Positions 47,804 to 57,761 of a DNA stretch of 64,000 bases are shown here, piece by piece; within the stretch, counting starts at the first letter, position 1, and each line of letters begins with the position of its first letter. Origin of the DNA: Candidatus Omnitrophota bacterium (GTDB taxonomy: Bacteria > Omnitrophota > Gorgyraeia > Pluralincolimonadales > Pluralincolimonadaceae); the NCBI GenBank assembly GCA_041651455.1, contig JBAZJG010000001.1, positions 146,535-210,534 on the forward strand, given 5' to 3'. Below the pieces are notes generated by a model. The model ran no database searches and was not told where the DNA came from. It worked only from the letters and a program-made list of their open reading frames with translations. The position numbers and the translations under genes were made by a program.

Positions 47804-48298
47804 ATGCCTACATTGAAGATAAGGAAATATCCGGACCCGGTGCTCAGGAAGAAAGCCGCCGCCGTAAAAGAAGTTACGGACGCCGAGAGGCGTCTCGTAG
47901 AGGAGATGATAGAGACGATGAAGGTCTCCGACGGCGTAGGGCTCGCCGCAAACCAGGTGGGGGTACTGAAAAGGGTGTTCGTCTTCAACCCTTCCCCGGA
48001 TGGATGGCGCGCCGACGCGATGATCAACCCGGTCATACTGAAGAGGCGCGGCAGCGAGTGCAAGGAAGAAGGATGCCTCAGCCTGCCAGGGGTGAACGGC
48101 GTCGTGCGAAGGAGCACTTATATCGTGGTCGAAGGCCTGGATATAAAGGGAAAGCCCGTATGCTACGAGGCGAAAGGCCTGCTCGCGAGGGTATTCCAGC
48201 ATGAGATAGACCACCTTGACGGGGTCGTATTCATAGACAGGCTGAACCCGATCAAGCGCATGATGGCGAAACGCAGCTTAAAAAAAGAATCCGCATGA
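47804..48298 (+). CDS. def: Peptide deformylase
   Basis: GVGLAANQVG, EGCLSLP, QHEIDHLDG motifs. Confidence 0.9.
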   Translation: MPTLKIRKYPDPVLRKKAAAVKEVTDAERRLVEEMIETMKVSDGVGLAANQVGVLKRVFVFNPSPDGWRADAMINPVILKRRGSECKEEGCLSLPGVNGVVRRSTYIVVEGLDIKGKPVCYEAKGLLARVFQHEIDHLDGVVFIDRLNPIKRMMAKRSLKKESA

Positions 48299-49230
48299 AG
48301 ATAGTATTCCTGGGGACGTCGGAATTCGCGGTCCCAAGCCTGAAAAAACTCAATAGCACATACGGGATAACCGCGGTCATCACGAAGCGGGACAAGCCCC
48401 AGGGAAGGCGCCTTGTCAGCGCTCCGTCGCCGGTAAAGGCGGCCGCGCAGGAGCTTGGGCTGCCGGTATCCTCGGTAGAAGGGTTACCGGCCGATAAGGC
48501 CGCCGAAGCGCTCTCAGGTTACGGCGCGGACATATTCATAGTGATTGCTTACGGGCAGATACTCCCGGCGAAGATACTGTCGCTGCCTAATATGGGTTCC
48601 GTAGGCCTGCACGCGTCGTTGCTGCCGAAATACAGGGGGCCGTCCCCGATAAACTGGGCGATAATCAACGGCGAGACGGAGACCGGCGTTACAGTATTCC
48701 GGCTTAACGAGAGGATGGACGCGGGAGAGATAGTCTCGCAGTGTCAGGTGGAGATACTTCCGGACGATAACACGCAGACGCTTTCCGGAAAGCTTGCAGC
48801 TGCGGGCGCGGAGCTTCTTTCGGGTTCAGTCGGGGATATAGCATCGGGCAAGGCGGTTTTTACGGAGCAGGACGCGAAGGAAGCGACGGTCACCGGTAAA
48901 CTTAAGAAGGAAGAGGGAAGGATCGACTGGTCTCAGCCTGCCGCCGCTGTACATAACAGGATAAGGGGATTATACGGATGGCCGGGTGCTTTTTCCGTGC
49001 TTTCCGGCAAGACCCTGAAGATATGGAGCTCCGGATTGCCGGGGACCGCAGAGGTCAAGCCATCCGGCCCGGGAAGGATAGCGGCCATAGACAAGGACGG
49101 CATAACGGTAAGCTGCGGCGAAGGGTCGGTCATCATAATAGAATTGCAGGCGGAGGGTGGCAGGCGAATGAGGGCTTCCGAATACGCGCTGGGGCATAAC
49201 GTCCGTACAGGCGACAGTTTTGTCAAATGA
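48295..49230 (+). CDS. fmt: Methionyl-tRNA formyltransferase
   Basis: KIVFLGTSEFAVPSL. HASLLPKYRGPSPINWAIINGE. ATGA-coupled to def. Confidence 0.9.
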   Translation: MKIVFLGTSEFAVPSLKKLNSTYGITAVITKRDKPQGRRLVSAPSPVKAAAQELGLPVSSVEGLPADKAAEALSGYGADIFIVIAYGQILPAKILSLPNMGSVGLHASLLPKYRGPSPINWAIINGETETGVTVFRLNERMDAGEIVSQCQVEILPDDNTQTLSGKLAAAGAELLSGSVGDIASGKAVFTEQDAKEATVTGKLKKEEGRIDWSQPAAAVHNRIRGLYGWPGAFSVLSGKTLKIWSSGLPGTAEVKPSGPGRIAAIDKDGITVSCGEGSVIIIELQAEGGRRMRASEYALGHNVRTGDSFVK

Positions 49231-49231
49231 C

Positions 49232-49259
49232 TTGCATTGGTGCATAATTGTGATATAAT
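49232..49259 (+). promoter_or_regulatory. Sigma70-like promoter: TTGCAT, 16-nt spacer, extended -10 TGaTATAAT
   Basis: ttgcat at 49232-49237 and tgatataat at 49251-49259, about 30 nt upstream of the ATG at 49289. Confidence 0.45.
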
Positions 49260-49288
49260 ATTTTCCTGTTTATCCAAAACCTACATAT

Positions 49289-50608
49289 ATGATCAACAAT
49301 AAAGTCGCGCCAAGCGAATTAATTCGTCGGGATTTCCAGCACTTAAAAGAGACCGAGGAATTAAATACAACGAGTGAGATAGCGGACCTGTTGTTCGTCC
49401 AATCTCTCGAAGGAAGGGCCCATAACGGTGCGGGCGCCTTCCAGAAGAGCTTTTATGTCAATACTACGATAGACGACATCGTGAAGGCGCTCAGGCTTGA
49501 CCCGGACAAAGTGAAGTCAAGGCGCCAGATGCTCATTGACGATATCGCCCGGTTCGTTGACGATACCATAAAGGGCAAGCCGAGGCTCAGGCTCGTAAAT
49601 GAGAAGGGAGAGCCGTTCATAGGCGTGCCGGACCTGCTCGAGATAGAGGTCAACGCCGCGGACGTGCTTAAAGGGATATATATCGGAGGGCTTAGGGACG
49701 ATCCGGGGCCCCGGGCGGCCGCGGAAGAGAAGTACGGGATCACGATCGGATACGGGAAATGCTACCCGGTGAACATCGACGTCATGGAAAAGATGGCGCT
49801 TGACGGCGAGGTGCTCGCTCACCGCGAGAATGCCGGCTCTATAGAGGCGTTCAAGAGGGCCGGGCTCATAATCCAGGAGGAAGACCTGGGCAAGACAGCT
49901 CCCGAGAAGATCAGGTATCTTTATATACGCCATAAGATAGGTCCCGGCCAGTCCGACGACGGCGCACTTGTCGCGAGCGGGATGATCTACAACAAGGACG
50001 TAGCGCTCGGGATATTCCTCGCGGATGCCATAGATACGCTGGAAAAATATGTGCACGCGTATAAGGACCAGGACGATGAGCTGGGTTACCGGATACAGAA
50101 GGATTTCAAGGGGCTCAACGTCACGATGGACGAGGTGCTCGAGATAACGTACCTGGCGGCTGTGCCCGAAGAGCTGGACGCGCAGACGCCGGACAGCTCA
50201 TTGAGGTATTTCCTTACGATAGACAGGCAGGCCGGGCAATGCGCGCTGCAGAGCCATTTTAATTTCATCGACAAGAAGCCGTATTTCCCGATGTTCATAA
50301 GTTTCAACAGGGTCCTGTCGACGGAATTCTACGCTTATATCAGGAACAAGGTCATGGCGCTGAGGAACCTCAAGGCCGTCGTGACCTCGGATACGGTGCT
50401 GAAAGGGCTCGAGGCCCCCGTAGACGATTTCCTGAAGCGATCCGCCGTGATAGTGAAGTCCGGTGTATCGCTGAAGGATGCCGTCGCGAAGATGCGCTCG
50501 AGCGGCGCGGAATTTCTCGTGATTCAGGATGACTGCAATACGGTGCAGGGGGTCATATCGATGAACGACCTTCTTAAGCTGATGATGGAAAACGGGAGAA
50601 AGGACTGA
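49289..50608 (+). CDS. Hypothetical protein with a C-terminal CBS domain
   Basis: 439 aa. The last ~60 aa (VKSGVSLKDAVAKMRSSGAEFLVIQDDCNTVQGVISMNDLLKLM) are CBS-like. The N-terminal 370 aa have no recognisable motif. Confidence 0.5.
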   Translation: MINNKVAPSELIRRDFQHLKETEELNTTSEIADLLFVQSLEGRAHNGAGAFQKSFYVNTTIDDIVKALRLDPDKVKSRRQMLIDDIARFVDDTIKGKPRLRLVNEKGEPFIGVPDLLEIEVNAADVLKGIYIGGLRDDPGPRAAAEEKYGITIGYGKCYPVNIDVMEKMALDGEVLAHRENAGSIEAFKRAGLIIQEEDLGKTAPEKIRYLYIRHKIGPGQSDDGALVASGMIYNKDVALGIFLADAIDTLEKYVHAYKDQDDELGYRIQKDFKGLNVTMDEVLEITYLAAVPEELDAQTPDSSLRYFLTIDRQAGQCALQSHFNFIDKKPYFPMFISFNRVLSTEFYAYIRNKVMALRNLKAVVTSDTVLKGLEAPVDDFLKRSAVIVKSGVSLKDAVAKMRSSGAEFLVIQDDCNTVQGVISMNDLLKLMMENGRKD

Positions 50609-51642
50609 TGCCCGAGTTCAGGAAAGACCCGATAATCGGAAGGTGGGTCATAGTCGCGACCGAGAGGGCACGCAGGCCGAGCGATTTCGTTCCGCATTCG
50701 GTGTCGGAGGAGAAATATACCGAGCCGGAATGCCCGTTCTGCGAAGGCAAGGAAGACAAAACACCGCCTCCCGAGATCTATGCGATAAGGGACCCCGGCA
50801 CAAAACCGGGTTCGCCCGGCTGGAAGGTCAGGGTAGTCCCGTCGGTCTCGCCGGTCCTGAAGATAGAAGGCAAGATAGAGCGCCGCGGCAGGGGCATATA
50901 CGACGTCATCAACGGCATAGGCGCGCACGAGATAATAGTCGAAACGCCGCAGCACATATATAACATGGCAGACCTTCCCGAAGAGCAGATCACCTGCGCG
51001 ATAACGGCTTATATAGAACGCATGACGGACCTCGGTAGGGACCCCCGTTTCAAGTACGCTCTCCTGTTCAAAAATTACGGGTCCGCAGCGGGTTCCGGAA
51101 AGGTAAGGCACGCGCACTCTCAGCTTATAGCGATGCCGGTCAACCCGATAAGGCTGAAAGACGAGCTTGTCGGCTCGAGGCAGTATTTCGAATATAAGGA
51201 ACGCTGCATATTCTGCGATATCATAAAGCAGGAGACGGATACCGGCAAGAGGATCGTGGCCGATATAGACGGATTCCTCGCGTTTGCGCCGTTCGCGTCG
51301 AGGTTCCCGTTCGAGATGTGGGTGCTCCCAAAGAAGCACAGCTCTGATTTCTGCAACCTCACGAAGGACAAAAGGGCGGACCTTGCAAGGATACTGAAGG
51401 TCGTCCTCACCAAATTGAAGAAGGCGCTGGTGGACCCACCGTACAATATAATACTGCATACGGCGCCGTTCAGGGTGCCGAAAGCCGGGTACTGGAGGAC
51501 GATAGAAGAGGATTTCCACTGGCATATCGAGATAATGCCGAGGCTTACGAGGGTAGCAGGTTTCGAATGGGGCAGCGGTTTCTATATCAACCCGACGCCT
51601 CCCGAGGACGCTGCGAAATACCTTAACGAGATGGAAATATAA
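50608..51642 (+). CDS. galT: GalT-type HIT-family hexose-1-phosphate nucleotidyltransferase / NDP-sugar phosphorylase, copy 1
   Basis: CPFCEG zinc knuckle. HAHSQL is the HxHxQ active site. ~340 aa class I GalT length. Confidence 0.75.
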   Translation: MPEFRKDPIIGRWVIVATERARRPSDFVPHSVSEEKYTEPECPFCEGKEDKTPPPEIYAIRDPGTKPGSPGWKVRVVPSVSPVLKIEGKIERRGRGIYDVINGIGAHEIIVETPQHIYNMADLPEEQITCAITAYIERMTDLGRDPRFKYALLFKNYGSAAGSGKVRHAHSQLIAMPVNPIRLKDELVGSRQYFEYKERCIFCDIIKQETDTGKRIVADIDGFLAFAPFASRFPFEMWVLPKKHSSDFCNLTKDKRADLARILKVVLTKLKKALVDPPYNIILHTAPFRVPKAGYWRTIEEDFHWHIEIMPRLTRVAGFEWGSGFYINPTPPEDAAKYLNEMEI

Positions 51643-52641
51643 ATGGCCGAGCTGAGAAGGGATCCTATAACGGGAAGATGGGTCATCATCGAGATAGACA
51701 GGGCGAAGAACCCGTCCGATTACGAGGTCGAGCCGCATAAGAAGAGGGAAGGCATATGCCCGTTCTGCCCCGGCAACGAGCGCATGACGCCTCCGGAGAT
51801 ATTCGCGCACCGCGAGGGCGCAGCGAAGCCGAACGAGCCGGGCTGGCAGACGCGCGTAATACCGAACAAGTTCCCTGCGTTGAGGGTAGAAGGCGACCTC
51901 GACAGGATCGGGATCGGCATGTACGATATGATGAACGGCATCGGCGCCCATGAGGTCATAATAGAGAATCCCGACCACAACAAAGAGCTTTGCGACCTGA
52001 TGGACCACGAGGTCGAACAGGTCATATGGGCGTACCGCAACAGGAGCCTCGACCTCATTGGAGACAAGCGTTTCAAATACATTTTGATATTCAAGAATTA
52101 CGGTGTATCGGCCGGCGCGTCGCTCGAGCACCCGCATTCGCAGCTTATCGCGCTGCCGATAATCCCGAAGAGGGTCGTGGAGGAGCTGCGCTGGTCGGAA
52201 AGGTATTACGATTACAGGGAGAGATGCGTCTTCTGCGACATGATACACCAGGAGATAGACGAAAGGGAAAGGGTCATTACGGAGAACAAGAGCTTCATCG
52301 CGTTCGCGCCGTTCGTCTCGAGGTTCCCTTTCGAATTCTCGATATTCCCGAAGATACACAGCGCGGAGTTCAGCTATATACAAAAGGAAGAAGTAGTGGA
52401 CCTCGCGAGGATACTGAAGGAGACCCTTTTAAGGATGAAGATCGCGCTGAAGGACCCTTCATATAATTTTATCGTACATACGTCGCCCATAGATTCAAAA
52501 GAACGCGTGGATTACCACTGGCATATCGAGATAATGCCGAGGCTCGGCAGGACGGCCGGCTTCGAATGGGGGACAGGATTTTATTTGAACCCGACGCCGC
52601 CGGAGATAGCGGCCTGGGCTTTAAGGGAAGTGTCACTGTAA
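51643..52641 (+). CDS. galT: GalT-type HIT-family hexose-1-phosphate nucleotidyltransferase / NDP-sugar phosphorylase, copy 2 (tandem paralogue)
   Basis: CPFCPG. HPHSQL. About half the residues are identical to copy 1 by eye. Confidence 0.75.
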   Translation: MAELRRDPITGRWVIIEIDRAKNPSDYEVEPHKKREGICPFCPGNERMTPPEIFAHREGAAKPNEPGWQTRVIPNKFPALRVEGDLDRIGIGMYDMMNGIGAHEVIIENPDHNKELCDLMDHEVEQVIWAYRNRSLDLIGDKRFKYILIFKNYGVSAGASLEHPHSQLIALPIIPKRVVEELRWSERYYDYRERCVFCDMIHQEIDERERVITENKSFIAFAPFVSRFPFEFSIFPKIHSAEFSYIQKEEVVDLARILKETLLRMKIALKDPSYNFIVHTSPIDSKERVDYHWHIEIMPRLGRTAGFEWGTGFYLNPTPPEIAAWALREVSL

Positions 52642-52655
52642 AATGTTAAAAGGAC

Positions 52656-52696
52656 ATCCGCCCTGTGGGCGGATACAATTCGCCCCCTTTGGGGGC
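52656..52696 (+). terminator. Two adjacent GC-rich stem-loops (ATCCGCCC-tgt-GGGCGGAT and GCCCCC-ttt-GGGGGC) between galT copy 2 and gap. Possible terminator or 5'-leader structure.
   Basis: Perfect inverted repeats read directly. There is no strong T-tract after either hairpin. Confidence 0.3.
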
Positions 52697-52714
52697 TCAT
52701 TAGGGAGGTAAGAA

Positions 52715-53767
52715 ATGGCGGTAAAGGTAGGTATCAACGGTTTCGGAAGGATAGGTCGTCTTGTAGCCAGGGCAATTCTCGAGAAGAAGAGCAAGGACCT
52801 GGAACTCGTAGCAATCAATGATATAACCGATTCAAAAACGAACGCATACCTGTTCCAGTATGATTCGGTCCACGGAAGGTTCCCCGGCATCGTCAAGGCG
52901 GTTTCCGAGGACACGATCTCCGCCGACGGCAAGATGATAAAGGTGCTCGCCAAGAGGGACCCGGGCGAGCTGCCGTGGAAAGACCTCGGTGTTGAGATCG
53001 TAGTCGAGTCGACAGGACTCTTCACCATCAAGAAGGACGGCGTGAACAAGAAGGGCAAGGAAGTAAAGGGCGCCGAGAACCATATAACGAAAGGCGGGGC
53101 GAAGAAGGTCATCATATCTGCACCTGCGCAGGATGAGGACATCACCATTGTCATGGGCGTCAATGACGACAAGTACGACCCGAAGGCGCATAACGTCATC
53201 TCGAACGCGTCATGCACGACGAACTGCCTCGCGCCTATCACGAAGGTGCTCAACGACAAATACGGCATCGTCAAGGGGCTCATGACGACGATCCACGCAT
53301 ATACGAACGACCAGAGGGTTCAGGACCAGGCTCACTCCGACCTGCGCAGGTCGCGCGCCGCGGCGGTATCGATGATACCGACGACGACGGGCGCCGCGAA
53401 GGCGATATCGCTGGTCATACCCGAACTTAAGGGCAAGCTCGACGGTTTCTCGATGAGGGTCCCGGTCGCGAACGTCTCTGTGGTCGACCTGACCTGCCAG
53501 CTTTCGAAGAAAGCGACAGCGGAAGAGATAAACGCGGCGCTGAAGGCGGCTTCGGAAGGCGCGATGAAGGGCATACTCGGATACACCGAAGACCCGGTCG
53601 TCTCGGTAGACTTCAACCATTGCGCGCTGAGCTCGATCGTCGACGCGAAGAGCACTAAGGTCATGGGTGACGACCTAATCAAGGTCCTCTCGTGGTATGA
53701 CAATGAGTGGGGCTACTCGAACAGGGTCGTGGATCTTTGCGAGTATATCGTAAAGAAAGGCCTTTAA
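52715..53767 (+). CDS. gap: Glyceraldehyde-3-phosphate dehydrogenase
   Basis: [21 protein letters not shown] active-site Cys. Confidence 0.9.
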   Translation: MAVKVGINGFGRIGRLVARAILEKKSKDLELVAINDITDSKTNAYLFQYDSVHGRFPGIVKAVSEDTISADGKMIKVLAKRDPGELPWKDLGVEIVVESTGLFTIKKDGVNKKGKEVKGAENHITKGGAKKVIISAPAQDEDITIVMGVNDDKYDPKAHNVISNASCTTNCLAPITKVLNDKYGIVKGLMTTIHAYTNDQRVQDQAHSDLRRSRAAAVSMIPTTTGAAKAISLVIPELKGKLDGFSMRVPVANVSVVDLTCQLSKKATAEEINAALKAASEGAMKGILGYTEDPVVSVDFNHCALSSIVDAKSTKVMGDDLIKVLSWYDNEWGYSNRVVDLCEYIVKKGL

Positions 53768-53786
53768 GGACAGGAGCCGACGATAA

Positions 53787-55019
53787 ATGGACAAACTGAC
53801 AATAAAGGACCTTGACCTCAAGGGAAAACGCGTGATCATGCGCGTGGACTTCAACGTCCCTCTGGATGACAAATTGAGCATCACGGACGATACGAGGATC
53901 AGGGCGACGGTACCTACTATAAAATACGCGCTGGATAAGGGCGCGAAACTTGTGCTGATGAGCCATCTCGGCAGGCCGGACGGCAAGGCCGTAGCGAAAT
54001 ACAGCCTGGCCCCATGCGCCGATAGGTTAAGCAATCTGCTCGGCAAACCCGTAAAGATGGCGAAGGACTGCGTAGGCCCGGAAGTAAAGGCGACGGCCGA
54101 CGCGCTCAAGCCCGGCGAATGCATGCTGCTTGAGAACCTGCGTTTCCACGCAGAAGAGGAAGCCAACGATGCCGGTTTCGCGAAAGAGCTCGCGGGCCTC
54201 GGCGACGTATATGTCAACGACGCGTTCGGCACAGCGCACCGCGCGCATGCCTCGACCGAGGGTGTGACGAAGTACCTGAAATCAGCCTCAGCGGCGGGAT
54301 TCCTCCTCGAGAAAGAGATAGAGTACCTCGAGGGCAAGGTCAGTAACCCGGCGAAGCCGTTCGTGACTATACTTGGCGGCGCGAAGGTATCGGACAAGAT
54401 AGGCGTCATAGATAATCTGCTCAACAAAGCGGATTCTATACTTATCGGCGGCGGTATGGCGTATACTTTCTATGCCGCGCAGGGAAAATCGATCGGCGCA
54501 TCCAAGGTGGAGAAGGACAAGATAGAGGTCGCGAAGTCCCTTCTCGAGAAGGCAAAGCAGAAGAAGGTCAACATCGTGCTTCCGGTGGATAACGTTATTG
54601 CCGACAAGTTCGACGCCAACGCAAACACCAAGACGGTAGGCGACCAGATACCCGACGGTTGGATGGGTCTGGATGTCGGCCCGAAGACGGTCGAGGCCTT
54701 CAAGGCCGTGCTCAAGGGCGCTAAGACGATCGTCTGGAACGGCCCTCTCGGGGTCTTCGAGATGGATAAGTTCTCGAAGGGCACCGAGGAAGTCGCGAAA
54801 TACATCGCTTGCCTGTCCGGCGGAAGCAGCTCTTGCTGCTCATGCTGCGGCGGCGGAGCCAAGGTGATATCCATAATCGGCGGCGGAGATACGGCCGCGG
54901 CCGTGGCAAAGTTCAAATTGGAAGATAAGATGACGCATATATCGACCGGCGGCGGCGCATCGCTCGAGTACCTTGAGGGCAAGGTCCTTCCCGGCATAAA
55001 AGCGTTGACGGATAAATAA
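53787..55019 (+). CDS. pgk: Phosphoglycerate kinase (with an unusual Cys/Ser/Gly-rich ~15-aa insertion near the C-terminal domain)
   Basis: [34 protein letters not shown]. Confidence 0.9.
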   Translation: MDKLTIKDLDLKGKRVIMRVDFNVPLDDKLSITDDTRIRATVPTIKYALDKGAKLVLMSHLGRPDGKAVAKYSLAPCADRLSNLLGKPVKMAKDCVGPEVKATADALKPGECMLLENLRFHAEEEANDAGFAKELAGLGDVYVNDAFGTAHRAHASTEGVTKYLKSASAAGFLLEKEIEYLEGKVSNPAKPFVTILGGAKVSDKIGVIDNLLNKADSILIGGGMAYTFYAAQGKSIGASKVEKDKIEVAKSLLEKAKQKKVNIVLPVDNVIADKFDANANTKTVGDQIPDGWMGLDVGPKTVEAFKAVLKGAKTIVWNGPLGVFEMDKFSKGTEEVAKYIACLSGGSSSCCSCCGGGAKVISIIGGGDTAAAVAKFKLEDKMTHISTGGGASLEYLEGKVLPGIKALTDK

Positions 55020-55020
55020 T

Positions 55021-55779
55021 ATGAGAAAACCGATAATCGCAGGGAACTGGAAGATGTACAAGACCTCGGGCGAGGCGCTCGAACTTGTAAACGGCCTAAA
55101 AGCGGAACTGAAAGGCGAGTCGGCAGTCGATATTGTCGTCTGCCCTCCGTTCACCGCAATAGCTAAGGTCGCGGACGCGCTGAAGGGGTCGAACATCGGC
55201 TACGGCGCCCAGGACATGTATTGGGAGGAAGAGGGCGCGTTCACCGGCGAGGTCGCGCCGAAGATGATAACGGATCTCGGCTGCGGGTATTGCATAATAG
55301 GGCATTCCGAGCGCAGGACCTATTTCCATGAGACGAACGATACGGTAAATAAGAAGGTCAAGGCAGCCCTGAAGCACGGGCTTACGCCGATAATGTGCGT
55401 CGGAGAGCGGCTCGAAGAGCGCGATTCCGGCAAGACGTTCGATGTCGTGAAGGACCATGTCGAAGGCGGGCTGGCCGGCCTCACAAAAGAGGACGCGGTG
55501 AAAGTCATTATCGCCTACGAACCGGTCTGGGCGATAGGCACCGGCAGGACGGCAACGCCTGAGCAGGCTCAGGAAGTCCACAAGTTTATCCGCGACCTGC
55601 TTAAGAAGATGTTCGGTGAGGAGATATCCTCGAAGGTAAGGATACAGTACGGCGGAAGCGTGAAGCCGGATAACGTAAAAGCGATCATGGCGGGGCCGGA
55701 TATCGACGGCGCGCTGGTCGGCGGCGCGAGCCTTAAGGTAAAGGATTTCGCCGAGATAGTCAGACAGAGCAAAAGGTAA
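55021..55779 (+). CDS. tpiA: Triosephosphate isomerase
   Basis: IAGNWKM. IGHSERR. AYEPVWAIGTG. Confidence 0.9.
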   Translation: MRKPIIAGNWKMYKTSGEALELVNGLKAELKGESAVDIVVCPPFTAIAKVADALKGSNIGYGAQDMYWEEEGAFTGEVAPKMITDLGCGYCIIGHSERRTYFHETNDTVNKKVKAALKHGLTPIMCVGERLEERDSGKTFDVVKDHVEGGLAGLTKEDAVKVIIAYEPVWAIGTGRTATPEQAQEVHKFIRDLLKKMFGEEISSKVRIQYGGSVKPDNVKAIMAGPDIDGALVGGASLKVKDFAEIVRQSKR

Positions 55780-55796
55780 AGGAGCAGCGTAATAAG

Positions 55797-56150
55797 ATGT
55801 ATGGAGTATTGATAGCATTGCACGTGATCTCGTGCCTGGTTCTTATAATGGTCATATTGCTGCAGGCGGGCAAAGGCGGCGGTATATCGGAGACGTTCGG
55901 CGGAAGCGGCGGGCTGCAGTCGATGCTCGGCACGAAGGCCTCATCGTTCCTGACAAAGGCGACGGCGGCTTGCGCTGTATTGTTCCTCGCGACATCTTTG
56001 ACGCTTGCGCTCGTATCCATGAACAAGAGCGGCTCGATAGTGGAAAAGGAATTGTCGAAGCCTGGCGCCGAGGCGCAGACCGCGGTGCCGGCGACTAAGC
56101 CCGCAGCGGAAGTGCCTGCGGCCGCAGGGGAAGAAGCTCCTAAAAAGTAG
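55797..56150 (+). CDS. secG: Preprotein translocase subunit SecG
   Basis: LLQAGKGGG...FGG motif. Two TM helices. Conserved position after tpiA. Confidence 0.75.
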   Translation: MYGVLIALHVISCLVLIMVILLQAGKGGGISETFGGSGGLQSMLGTKASSFLTKATAACAVLFLATSLTLALVSMNKSGSIVEKELSKPGAEAQTAVPATKPAAEVPAAAGEEAPKK

Positions 56151-56165
56151 ACAGGAGAGCAAGAT

Positions 56166-57761
56166 ATGCATATAAAAATATCCCGATTTGTCGGGATATT
56201 TTTATTTATAGTTTGGGGCCATGCACCGTTAGGATGGTCCCAGTATGGCGATGCGATTGTCACCGCCTCGATAGGCGACGCGAGCACGCTTATCCCCATA
56301 CTCGCATCGGATTCGTCCTCGGCAGAAATATGCGGCCTCATCTATAACGGCCTTATAAAATATGATAAAAACCTGAACCTTGAAGGCGAGCTCGCAGAAA
56401 GCTGGGAGATCAAGGACGGGGGCCTCGTAATAATATTCCATTTGCGTAAAGGTGTAAGGTGGCATGACGGAGAGCCCTTCACCGCTCGCGACGTGGAGTT
56501 CACCTACCTGAAACTCATCGATCCGAATGTAAAGACGCCCTACAGCGGCGATTTCGAAAGGGTAAAGTCGCTTGAGGTACTCGATGAACATACCGTAAAG
56601 GTGACCTACAAGGAGCCTTTCTCACCCGGATTATCGAGCTGGGGCATGGGCATCATGCCGAAGCATCTTCTCGAAAATGAGGACCTGAGCAGCACGAAAT
56701 ACGCGCGCGACCCCGTCGGCACCGGGCCTTACCGTTTCAAGGAGTGGAAGACGGGCGAGAAGATAGTCCTTGTCTCGAACCCGGATTATTACGAAGGGCG
56801 GCCGTTCATCAACAGGTATATATACAGGATAATACCAGACCAGGCAACGACGTTCCTCGAGCTGCAGACTCAGGGCGTGGACCAGATCGGACTTACGCCG
56901 CTGCAGTATTCCCGTCAGACGGATACGCCATTCTTCAGGAAATATTACAGGAAATACAAATATCCGTCGTTCGGGTATGCTTATATGGGCCTCAACCTCA
57001 GGGACGCGAAATTCTCCGACGCGAGGGTCAGGCTCGCGCTCGACTACGCCATCGACAAGGACGAGATAATTACCGGGGTCCTGCTGGGCCTCGGGCGCGT
57101 ATCGACGGGCCCATTCCCGCCGGAGTCGTGGGCGTGCAATAAGGATATAAAGCCGGTTCCATACGATCCGGTTAAGGCAAAGGAACTGTTGAGGGAAGCG
57201 GGATGGGAAGACCGCGACGGAGACGGCATCCTAGACAAGGACGGGCAGAAATTCAAATTTACCATTATGACGAACCAGGGCAACGATCCGAGGAAGACCG
57301 CGTCCGAGATAATACAGCGCAGGCTCAGGGATATCGGCATCGAGGCCGAGGTCAGGATAATCGAATGGGCGACGTTCCTTTCGGAATTCATAGATAAAGG
57401 CAAGTTCGAGGCCGTAATAATGGGCTGGAGCCTTTCGAGGGACCCGGACTGCTACGACATATGGCATTCGTCGAAGACGCGACCCGGAGAATTCAATTTT
57501 GTCGGATACAATAACGCTGAAGTGGACAAGCTGCTGCTCGAGGGCCGCAGGGAGTACGGCCAGGAGAAAAGGCGTGAGATATATAACAGGATAAACAAGC
57601 TGATATTCGACGACCACCCGTACATATTCCTTTATGTCCCCGATGCCCTGCCTATAGTCCACGAAAGGTTCAAGGGGATAGAGCCCGCGCCGGCCGGCAT
57701 CGGTTATAATTTCATCAAATGGTACGTCCCGAAGCGGGAACAGAGGTACACGAGATGGTGA
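56166..57761 (+). CDS. ABC transporter substrate-binding protein, family 5 (peptide/nickel type)
   Basis: N-terminal signal peptide. SBP_bac_5-like core over 531 aa. Confidence 0.8.
   Translation: MHIKISRFVGIFLFIVWGHAPLGWSQYGDAIVTASIGDASTLIPILASDSSSAEICGLIYNGLIKYDKNLNLEGELAESWEIKDGGLVIIFHLRKGVRWHDGEPFTARDVEFTYLKLIDPNVKTPYSGDFERVKSLEVLDEHTVKVTYKEPFSPGLSSWGMGIMPKHLLENEDLSSTKYARDPVGTGPYRFKEWKTGEKIVLVSNPDYYEGRPFINRYIYRIIPDQATTFLELQTQGVDQIGLTPLQYSRQTDTPFFRKYYRKYKYPSFGYAYMGLNLRDAKFSDARVRLALDYAIDKDEIITGVLLGLGRVSTGPFPPESWACNKDIKPVPYDPVKAKELLREAGWEDRDGDGILDKDGQKFKFTIMTNQGNDPRKTASEIIQRRLRDIGIEAEVRIIEWATFLSEFIDKGKFEAVIMGWSLSRDPDCYDIWHSSKTRPGEFNFVGYNNAEVDKLLLEGRREYGQEKRREIYNRINKLIFDDHPYIFLYVPDALPIVHERFKGIEPAPAGIGYNFIKWYVPKREQRYTRW

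Noticed and set aside
50524-52383. 619-aa minus-strand ORF
   Set aside because: Arg/Pro-rich translation antisense to the two well-supported galT-like genes. It is a shadow ORF typical of GC-rich coding DNA.
57719-57754. Longer N-termini given by the ORF track for the first ABC permease
   Set aside because: The track start at 57719 lies inside the upstream gene. The internal ATG at 57755 sits exactly on the upstream stop codon and begins the conserved N-terminus of the domain.
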